DNA of 64,000 nt, taken from positions 167,797 to 231,796 of the forward strand of contig NW_002060968.1 of NCBI RefSeq assembly GCF_000150275.1. The letters run 5' to 3'. The notes under the pieces were generated by a model. It made no database searches, was not told where the DNA came from, and worked only from the letters and a program-made list of their open reading frames with translations. How positions within the stretch are numbered: the stretch's first letter is position 1; each line of letters starts with the position of its first letter. The position numbers were made by a program, and so were the translations under genes. This stretch comes from Trichoplax adhaerens (taxonomy: Eukaryota; Animalia; Placozoa). Shown here in pieces: positions 12,254 to 22,990 of this stretch.

Positions 12254-13704
12254 TTAAACTGCAGCTAAATTCAATACGCATTGAGTTGCAATTTGACTAA
12301 CAACAAAATCTGATAAATGAGCAGTTGCGTTCTGATCGAAATATACCGAATTTCGAGATGTATGCTGTGATGTATCGCCAACTGTAGAACCATTCACTAA
12401 TAAGCAAACTTTAGTAAAATCAGAATTCGGGCTTGGCGTATATAGCTGGAATAAGCAAATAATATTCATATTAATTTTTTTAATTTCTTTTTCTAAAGCG
12501 TCTTTACTTAGAAATGGAGGTAATTCCTATAAAGAAGCAAAGACGAAAATTTAGATTTAGTATACCAAGAAAAGAAATTTTATTACATGATTTTATAGTT
12601 AATATAGTATAGATTTTTTAACAATCGTTATCTCTTATATTGATTAATCAAATTTTGCTAGACCTCTTTCTTTTCTCAATTATGATTTAATATTATGGGC
12701 AATTTTAATAAGACACACGAACAATAATAGAACAGTATTCGTACATTCTGTCGTTTAACCCAGCCAACCTGTCTTGTAACTTTCAAATAATTATCATTTC
12801 TCTACTAATGCTAGTTTTTGTACTAATATTTTAGGTATTACCATTCCTGTACTGTCTTAGAGACAAGGCTTTTATCAAGTCGTATAACTTTCTTTAGCCG
12901 GTCAGAACTACGACTATAACTACTATTGATGATGATAGCTTCTCCTTATACCAAATAGCAATGTTCTTCTAATTTTTGTAGTACTGTTAGTAAAATTACT
13001 ATTCTGGTTCTTAATTTAGTTTTATTATACACAAAGCATGCTCATATCTCTCATAAAATTAATAATTTTTTATTTAATATGGCTATCGCCACATTGAAGA
13101 TTCCTTATTAAAAATAAATGTATCGCCATAGAATTGAACGTCGGTTTTATTTTTACGATCAGTAAGGTATTATTTTTAACACAAATAGTAGAAAATAATT
13201 TAAAAATATATTATGTTAAAAAACATTATCAGAACTTACTGTAAAGATAATATTAAAATCATCTTTTCCTTTGCGCTCAAGGCCAAAGACTGCTCTTCGA
13301 TCAGATCCCAAAGTAATATAGCTATAAGTATTATCTATGTCCCAAACCTGGTAACGAGCTGATGATTGGAATTTGTAAAGTAAATAATCCTTTCAATATT
13401 AAGATTTTGAATTTGCATTCATACAGTGTATGATTTCCATCTAGATATAACGCCTGTAATTACCGTATCTCTATCTGTTTTACTATATCGCCTTTAGATC
13501 ACCATAAACTGAAAGTGAAGATTTAAGAGATTTGATTATTCTATCAACAGTTCTTACTTTCCGCTAAATTTTGATCCACTTCATCGAAGGATTTGGTATA
13601 AATCGCACTATAAATAATGTACCCATGATCAACGTGAGTATTGCTAGTGCAAGCTATAAATTGACCGGAATTTTCTAATGCGATTCCTTCATATTTAGGA
13701 GTCC
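12254..13704 (-). CDS. Paralog C: beta-trefoil IL-1/FGF-like protein, three core exons (first exon uncertain)
   Basis: Exons 13704-13558 (phase 1/1; TPKYEGIALENSGQFIACTSNTHVDHGYIIYSAIYTKSFDEVDQNLAE), 13358-13240 (119 nt, phase 1/0; RYQVWDIDNTYSYITLGSDRRAVFGLERKGKDDFNIIFT) and 12526-12254 (273 nt, same length as in A; ELPPFLSKDALEKEIKKINMNIICLFQLY...TQCVLNLAAV*). Candidate phase-1 start exons at 15264-15228 (MPTEEDNLPSTT) or 16650-16623 (MNRIVSSKT). Confidence 0.75.
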
Positions 13705-16700
13705 CTAGAATAATTCACATGGTAGAAGCAAAACATATGATATCCACGTTAATAAAGTTTGATTATGACAATGGAGCAGTTATTAATGGCTATAGCAAAA
13801 TAAAAATTAAATTATACGTTGATTAGGTACAGCAGCCGCTTCGCCTTTGGCTGAATGCCAAATTGAAAACATTTAAATATAGCTGTTCATTAAATACCCT
13901 TTAAGCTGGTTATTATATGCAAGTATTTAAAGTAGCCTCGCTACTATATAACTCTTAAAATCATAGATATAGAATGCGATGCTGTCTATCTCTATAATTA
14001 AAAGTACTGTACTTCGATCAAGATATTAGCGTGGAGTGAGAATGCTAATTTGTGCTAGACTGAATCCTACAAGCACATAGTCTAGTGCTTATGTAATACA
14101 TGATTATTAATCAAAGATATCGCGACAAAGCCTTTTGATAAAATTAATATTACTGCAGTTTAGGCTACAAAGCACTTTTTACAAGTATGTTGTTGCTACT
14201 GAAAGAAGCTATAAATTTTTTCTAGTCTAATTTGACTTGATAAAATGATTCTTAATCTGCTATAATTCGATTTTATACTGTTCTAGTATGGTAGTATTTC
14301 GTTGATATTATAAGACATTTTAATATTATGGCAATTTACAAGCATTAATGAATCTAGTGGTAGGCCATAAGTTATTAGTAGATTTCTCGATCTTACTAAT
14401 TTCAACTTCTATCAAACAGCATTTGATAGAGTGAGCAAGCACGGCAATATTCGGTCAATTTAGTGTAGATAAATACAGTCTATTGATGGCTTATCACTCT
14501 ATCATGATTCATCATATACGAAACTGTTATGATGGCATTTCAACGACAACTAAAAGAATGGTGGCCCAAAGATTATTCATTTGTAGACTAACCCTTGATA
14601 TCTTCACAACTACATCCAATAAGATACTGCTTGGTTGAACGAAAAAGTTATATCCCGATATATGTGCGCACACCAATAGACAAAATAAGATTCTTGATAG
14701 CTTTATAACAACATGCGTTCTACAAAATAAGCCTATTATAGCACTTTAGCTACCAACAGGATCAATATTGACTGTATTTTTACCATTTTTAATTTGAAGT
14801 ATGTTAGAGACAGCGACCGGACTTTTTGTGTTATAGACTATTATCAATATTATTGTATTTTATTAATATTCAGTCGCTTAGCGGTAGTGTACGGTTAAAT
14901 TAGACAGATGATAGCAGTGTTCTATTGGGCAACTACAAGATTTATTAGCTAAACGTAAAGAAAATGGTCGTTATGTTAAAATTTGATATAACTGAGGATA
15001 AAAGTGTACATTTAATCAACAGGCTTGACTTGGGCTTTAGTCGCGTTGTATTTTGTTATTACTTGATTATAATGTAATACAGTATCTGACACATCAATTT
15101 CCGGACTAATTCTATTCCCTTTCACAATCGCCGGCGGAACTTTAAATTTTTAAACTGACGAAATTAAATTATTTTGGCATAATTGAGGAACATTTCCCGT
15201 TTCTAGTCAAGCAATAATATCACCTACAAGTTGTTGATGGTAGATTGTCTTCTTCTGTCGGCATATTGGGTAAGAATTTGAAGTTTTCGGAAAGAAAATG
15301 CCACCACCGTTATGTTTGAACTACCTCCTTTAAATAAACGGTAAACTTCAAATATATGGGATTTCGTTATCGTTTGATTTTATAGACATATGCTGATGAT
15401 TTTCTCTTCAAATAATAACATGCATAATCGATTGTACCATTACAGGAGAAAAGAAATATCAACAATAGTTGTAGTGGTAATTGCTTTTATTTATTATAGA
15501 CGATAGAAGAATGTGATTTGCTTTGCATTGTTGGCCGCCAGCGTGTGGTAGCATTGGCTATAGAGCGATTTACCTTTAACATAAGCAAGTATATTCTGTA
15601 AAATGTCGTAGTTATCATAAGCGTTGATTCATTTCTACTTCAATTATTGGAATCATTCCAGATACTATTGCATTAACGATCGGCTTAGTTGTGACGTTAT
15701 GACAATCAGCGTTGAACCTTCTATCACTTTTTGAAGGTAAAAGGCCTTATTAATGTAGGAAAGACTATCGATAGAGCTGTACGGTGCAGTATGCTCTGAA
15801 GGTTTTCATTTTATTACTTCATTAAAGATAGATAATAATTTCCAGTTAATGATGAGTTCCATGTACTATGATTCAATGCAAAATGGTAATTAGCTGACGT
15901 AATTGGTGTATTCGGCATTCTACAAAGGTGATTACTTAATTATATTTTTTTCATTGTATGCATAATAGATCAAACTTTCTAAAGTACAAATTTATTTGCA
16001 TCGTTTATCCTAATAGGATTATCGAAGAACGATTGATGACGAAATACGAGGGTGTGAGTGACATATTTATTTTCCCGTGAAATTAATTATTTACAAAGTA
16101 TTCTTTGTGCTTATCATCGCTGATAGTTGTTTAATATTTATGCTATGACAATAATTAATCAAATGCCTGTATTCAAGTTGGACGGTAAACTACTCACCAT
16201 TGCACAGCTTTTCACATGTCTATTACATATGTTTCTGCTTTATGATAGGTTTAGATTCTTTGCTAAACATAAATCAATAATTATTGTATTGCATTAATGC
16301 CAGAAGCGATTTCAAATGTCATGTTAAATGAACTTAAGATAAATTTCATTTGGTTTTGTTCAACTTCATGAAGAATATCTGTAAAGTAAAAAGTAAATCT
16401 AATCTTTAATACGAATTCCTTCGTATTAACGCTTTTTCCCTTCTAGTAACATTAACGGAACCATAAATTTATCATGGAGAAACTGTATTTAAAAAATATT
16501 CTATTAAACTTTTCCTGACTTAACGCAGTATCTAACATCACCTACAGAGTGTTGGCTGATCGCCACTTCTTGAATTGCGCTTATTTTGGTCTTCTGACTT
16601 TTTCTTATTAGGTTTTTAATACCGGTTTTGGAGGATACAATCCGGTTCATTCTTACGACTTGCTGCAGCTCAAACTTCCTACTTGCGATGCTACATTACA

Positions 16701-17742
16701 AATAAAATTCAAGCTACTCGATGTTTGTTTTTATAAAAAATATTATATAACAACCTAAAGGCTGTATTTTATTATCGGAGAAAAGATAATATTTGCCAGA
16801 TGTAGATTAGCAATTAGTTTTCATACATAACTGACGATAAAAGAAAATAATTTAGTTTATATTGTCAACCAATATGATGAGGTGGCACTTGCTTTATGCT
16901 AACATTGTTTTAGCGCCAATGAGAACTATTTTATGTAATCATTTAGTTACGGCTAATGTTGGTTGATTAATCTATTTTATTTTCGGCACTATTCGACGTT
17001 ACACATTATCAAATAACGATTGATCTACAAGTTCAGCTGTCCTCGCTGAAATCTGTCGTTACTTTATACATAAAATGAAGACCAAGAGTGCTAGATAATG
17101 AGATATTTGGTAATATACTCTGAAAATTTTAATTTTACGACCCAAATAAAGACAGATTGCAAATTTTACAGTCATAAATTCCAAGTGTAGAGAAATTAAG
17201 TGCTAACTAATCAAACTCTGACTCCATTATTCATAATTATTATGTTCTATACTTTATAAAGACCTTTACTCATTTACTGTCATTACTTTTTGCACAATTT
17301 TAAACCCTGCTTAAATTATAATAGATCGAACGTTGACTCATATGCACTAATAACATCTTTATAGGAATATCTAAACATTGGAAAAGCTCATTCGTAGCAA
17401 AGAATCACGTAGGAATAGGATTACAGCAAGGTTTTTATGTTTTGCAGTGAATAAGATTATCTTTAGAATATATGTCAATATTTTATGCTTGCAGTTGCAA
17501 TCCAAATCTACTTGATATATATTCATTCAATGATAGTTGAACTTCTCTACGCTATTGAGAGGGGAAAGAATTCCCTAATAAACAATTTTTCTCGCATCGA
17601 ATAATTCTCAATATATTTATCCTTACTTTGCTTCACGCTGCAATAATTGACGTGATTTCATCAATATTTATTAGCCATTTCCATCCTAAGAGCAATTGCT
17701 AATGATTCAGTATGATTAATTAACAAGATATAATAGTATGAA

Positions 17743-18015
17743 AGGAATGAATTAGAGTAGTATACTACCAGTTCCCGAGTACACGCAATTATCATCCAGA
17801 ATGTATTTTATTGGTATTATTAATTTTTGGCTTTGGGTAATTAAGCAGGGATGTAAAGGTATAAGAATTGTCGAGAGTGTTAAGAAATAATTCGGAATGC
17901 AAACAGTTTTCCTCGATATCTCTCATCTTACTATTCGATGACCGGTAAAAATATTTTTGCTAGCAATATCACGTAGCATAAGATATCAGTATTACGAGAG
18001 ATCAATCTGATGAAA
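17743..18015 (-). pseudogene. Decayed exon-like segment, duplicate of 22693-22990
   Basis: Shares ordered blocks with 22693-22990 (aggaatgaattag, gcaattatcat, ttaatt..tggcttt, gtaatta..cag.gat, tatcagta). Both copies are preceded on the minus strand by a pyrimidine-rich AG acceptor. All frames contain stops. Confidence 0.4.
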
Positions 18016-19100
18016 AGAAAAGAAATAACATTTTATTGTTATACTTTCGGAAGTTTTTATTAATCCTTTAAGGAATAAAAATAGCGATGGAACAACAAAA
18101 TTCTTGTAGTAAAAATGATCATAATCTCCTTGATTTGTCAATAGGTAGTCTTCCATCTTATTAAGATAGAGCATTAAATCTAAATATTTATTATATACGT
18201 CAAGACTAAAGGTGAAAACTGGTAAATTTATTTTTATTGATTTTTCATCTTAAAGTAACAGCATAATATATTTAATTTCTACTAATAACTAGCTCTAAGC
18301 TTTAATTTTCCTAATATCAAGATTTTAAATTACCATGTTACATTGGAACTGACGATGCAATTGAGATTTTTGGGCTAGCACCTTTGAAATAATGAATAAA
18401 TTATCTAGAGTATAAAGAAAGCTTTAGGATGTACACAACTTATCTCGTAACTGCTATATGCAATTCTGCTTCACGGCTCGTAGGACTACCTTCACTTGGC
18501 CTAATGCGTAAAATAAGACAAAGTATCTACAAGAGACCACTAAATTCCAACGAATGCAAATAAATGGAAATTCATTTGAATTATTATACCTATTTTAGTC
18601 GTTATTAACTGTTTATTCCATAGAAATAATCATGGGAGAAAAAATTTTGCAAATAGAATAACTGTAATCTTTTAGACCTGACGATAGCCGATTTTCGAAT
18701 TTCGTTATGATAGAGCTTACTACAGTGTATCTTTAATGCTAGAAATTTTTCAAATAGGCACTCGAAGTAAAATTGATAAATTTTATTAATTTTTGTAGGC
18801 GAAATTACTGGCAATACAGATACATTTAAAGTGATACTAACAACATACTAACGACTGATTTTTTTCTTAATATGTACTTGATTTTATGATTTAAATTATT
18901 GTATTTTATCAGAATTATCGGAAAATATCTAGGAAAATCGTTCCATTCGGGAATAGTACATAGGTTGTGGTTGCAGTCAAGAAAATAATTGGAGCATTGA
19001 ATGATATTTATCAGGGTAGCACTGAACTAAGCTGTCTATATAGCTATAGCATTAACTGAACTTGATAACAGAAACAGGCTTTGTAGACAGATATCGTATT

Positions 19101-21844
19101 TTATACGCTGACTTTAGCTAAATTTAATATACACTGAGTTGGAAGATAACCTATAGGACAATTTACTAGATGAGCACATACTTTATCGCCATCGTTCATA
19201 TTTTCATCATTATCTACATGATCATCAAAACAAACCGTATACTGGATTGACTTATCACCAATTTTTTTTGCCACTCGTAAGCACAACCTTTGAAAATTAG
19301 CGTTACTAGAAACCAAATATAAATCGAATAGGCAAACAAAATTCTTGTCGTTGTTAATTTTCTGGATCTCCTTCAAAACCTCTTTTACACTCGTTTTATT
19401 CAGACGCTGGCGAAAAGCAAGTGTAATATAATTCAGGATGCTAAATGATTCATTTCATTTATTTATTAGAATAAATTATTTAGAGTAGCTGATGCTCTTA
19501 TTCTCATTATTACAGTATCCTATCTAAAGCTTACTACTACCAATTCTTTTATTGGCCTAGTTTACAAATAGCTATTACAGGAAATATAAATTGCATGTCG
19601 ACTCTGTTTTGCTGTCAATAAGCTAACACTCTGTTCAATTTATATAACTGCTATTTAAATATGAAATCGAAGAAGTCTTACTCTAGTCTACGTACCCTAA
19701 ATACTACATCATAATCATCATCTGATCCACCTTTTTTATGTTTAAGACAAAAGATGGCTGGTGGTATTTCTTTATCGGCAATAGATCCAAAAGTAATGCA
19801 ACTTTTCCATGGTGTTTCTTGCATGGATTTATCGTCGACTAGGAATATTTTCGAAATATGGTAACGAGCTGGTAATTAGTAATAGAGAAGAATAATTAGT
19901 GTGATGAGAATGTCAGTTATATACTTTGTACGGATTCATCAGCTTTATAAATATAATTCTGAGATGGTATAACTGTAAGAATTAATTTATGGCTAGGAAT
20001 AAATGATATTTTCAAGCAGTATATTCAACTACCATTATAATACTTACGAAACGATAGCTTTTATGAGTATCTGATATGATATTAATAGCATTTTTCCTAA
20101 CTTTTATACGGTCATTAAAGCCAACTTTTACTGAATTTGACAATATATATGCGTATAATTGTATATAAGTACTACAAGTTGCTTTACGTAATTTTACCTT
20201 AACCGATACACAGCACGAAGTTGATAAACTCATTAATATTAAGCTATGTGTAGATAACCAGTTACTTCTAATTACTATTTAGTATTATATAATTAGCTTA
20301 AATCACTACAAAAATATATCTACTTCTATTAGTTCAGTTATATCAAATATTAAAGTATGTCCAGATGATAATAGCATAGTGATATAAAGAAACTGAATTA
20401 TTCTATCTTTAAGTCTTACTTGAATCAATATTGGCATCCAAATAATCGAAGCGTTTGACATACTTTCCGTGGTAAATACCGTAGGTTCCATTTACTTTCT
20501 CATTGCTGTATGCAATAAATTTACTTGAATTTTGCAAAAGGACTTCCGCATGTTGAGATTTATCTTGGATAGATCGTTGGGATAAATATCAATATGATAT
20601 CAGATTAAAAAATAGATTGGTACAAATGTTATCTGTCAATCGGAAAAGCAAGGTGGTGGTCGATTATTGTGATATGTGTACAGCCTAGCCATTCAGATGT
20701 GTCTCGATCTCGAATCTACAATAGTTGGTTATTACTACATTACAGTACATTTTCAAATGATCATCTATGATATGCTCGTATGTCGGTATTTTAAGTATAC
20801 GTACTACTGCGTCTAGTTTGTAAGAGTATTTAAAAGACCTGAAATCTGAGGTATACTTGTTGCAGTTAAAAAGACATGGAGTAAAAGCTGCATGTCTATG
20901 ATTGAAGCTATAGCTACCATGACCCTTTTTACTTGATGTTATTCGTTGAATTAAAATTTAAAAGTATGCTAAGCTGAATACCGCAAGTGAACTGGTATTT
21001 TCCGGACACCTTTAGAATCTAAGACTAATAAGATTAACTAATTTGACGGTAGTTTACGAGAATAACATAGCAATATTTTAATAGGCATTGTCCGGCTTTC
21101 TAGCATAATAACGGAACAAATATCGATGGATTTAAGTCTTAATTATTGTACAATAGCTTAAATTTATTTCTACTTTGATTGTAGAATTTGTTAGCAATGG
21201 AAGATGCTTAGTTTTATGGAATTATACCAATACGTAAGGATCTGTTGATCAATCATAATTATCAGAAAATGAATTTGAGGTAGATTGGAATATATTATCG
21301 TCAGTTCATCTTTGAGTTTTATTGTACAGCCAAATTGTTATTTTATTGCAATTTATTATTTAATACGAATAATTCCAGATTATTACTGATATTCTTTCAA
21401 TGTTTCTAAAGAACTATAAATTTATCTTGGAAAAATTAAAATCATTTTATTCTATTTTATAATTTTTCCTGTTAAAATTAATATCTAATATAACCTACAA
21501 CTTAATGATTTTGATAATGGCTGCTCTGGCAAGTCCTCGTCTTCTGATCTATGAGAGGTAGAGTCTAATCTTTCATCGGGGACTCCCGCTAGGAAATACA
21601 ACAACATTCTTATAGACTACCACGGGCAACTCCTTCATATCATTTAATTCTTACATTTTTTTTTCAATGTTGTTGACAGAACTGTAAATTTATCTTGGAG
21701 TAGCTAAAATAATCTTAATATATTTTACAAATACCTTCCGTTTAAGTTTAATATATTATATTCCTTACAAGCAGATGTATTTTCCAACGTATTTCCGATA
21801 GAATCTGGTGTGTCATCAGAAGTTTGAGTAGGTGAAGAGGACAT
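19101..21844 (-). CDS. Paralog D: beta-trefoil IL-1/FGF-like protein with acidic N-terminal extension, ~262 aa, 5 exons
   Basis: Core exons 20563-20420 (phase 1/1; KSQHAEVLLQNSSKFIAYSNEKVNGTYGIYHGKYVKRFDYLDANIDS), 19868-19696 (phase 1/0; RYHISKIFLVDDKSMQETPWKSCITFGSIADKEIPPAIFCLKHKKGGSDDDYDVVFR) and 19406-19101 (RLNKTSVKEVLKEIQKINNDKNFVCLFDLY...YLPTQCILNLAKVSV*). Phase-compatible upstream exons 21844-21769 (MSSSPTQTSDDTPDSIGNTLENTSA) and 21588-21499 (GVPDERLDSTSHRSEDEDLPEQPLSKSLS) are less certain than the core. Confidence 0.72.
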
Positions 21845-22692
21845 TCTTACAAGTATGCTGTAGTTAAACTTCTTCCTTACAACTCGTTATAATGATAGAT
21901 AAGGAATAAAATATAAGTCAGTTAAAGTTTGACCTTATAAAAGTTTCTAATGTTTGTTGAAATTATATCCGATTAGATATCTAGGAGAAAAGATAATACC
22001 GAAAAAGCAGAGGATAATAACTGCTTTTCTACATTATCGATGAAAAAAATAATATGATTTACTCTGTGTTGTTGGCTAATATGACGCAGCAGTAATTTAT
22101 GGCAAATTGACTATAATTTAGGCAAGAATTGCTCTGTATAATTCCTCAATTGTGGCTTGTCTTGATTAGTTAATCTATCTCCATTCTTGGAGTTACATAT
22201 TCTAGATATTAATAATTTAACAATTAATCAAACGGTAGCATAGCCAAAATTGGATCTGCTACTCTTTTATATTTAAGGTAGAGGCTATAAATACTAGATA
22301 ATTAGATTTACTCGTTTAGCACATTCTTAAAGATTGTCATTATATTATTAAACCAAATATAGGTAGTAAATTTTTCATCATTATCAATTCTATGCAAAGA
22401 AATTCACTGCCAACTGTTAGGTGTTTGGAATACATGATGTATTCTAAGTGTTATGACTACTATCACAATTATTTTATTTATTATTGTTGATTTTTCCAAT
22501 TTCATTCCACAGTACTATAATACATTAAATTTTTACGAATGATTTTTATTAGCATCTTAATAATAGCATCATTGAATTCGAAAAGCTTAATTACGTTAAT
22601 GCAACATTTCGGAAGAAATACATTAAAATCATAGAGTTCTTATCCTTTAAGAATACAAAATGCAACTAATTATATTGGTGCAACCATGCGGT

Positions 22693-22990
22693 AGGAATGA
22701 ATTAGGGTGGCATGCAAGTTTTCACGTGAATGCAATTATCATTTATTATGCATTTTACCGCTATTTTTAATTGCTGGCTTTAATTGCGTAATTATCCAGC
22801 GATTACCGTATGTAGTCATAAAGAGTATATGTTGTAAGTATTGTTTGGAGTGTCAGCGAAAGTACTTGCATCTACACGATTTTTCTCGTATCTATCATAT
22901 TTCTACCATATAACTGATACGAATAGTTTTGTTCGGATATCATAAATCATATTGTATCAGTACTATGAAAGGCTCTTCTAATTAAAACAC
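22693..22990 (-). pseudogene. Decayed exon-like segment, duplicate of 17743-18015
   Basis: See the partner segment. Multiple stops in all frames. Confidence 0.4.

Noticed and set aside
19925-19972. 48-nt phase-1/1 micro-exon (IPSQNYIYKADESVQ) in paralog D
   Set aside because: It is not needed for frame, has a weak donor (gtatat) and would leave only a 56-nt intron. The similar stretch in paralog C (~13425-13460) contains a stop. It cannot be excluded as an alternative exon.
20306-20491. ORF MEPTVFTTES... as the first exon of paralog D
   Set aside because: The overlapping alternative frame (20563-20420) aligns with exon 2 of paralogs A-C, so this ORF is a shadow frame.
21578-21587. NF-kB-like site GGGGACTCCC
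   Set aside because: A single hit lying inside a predicted coding exon; not evidence of regulation.
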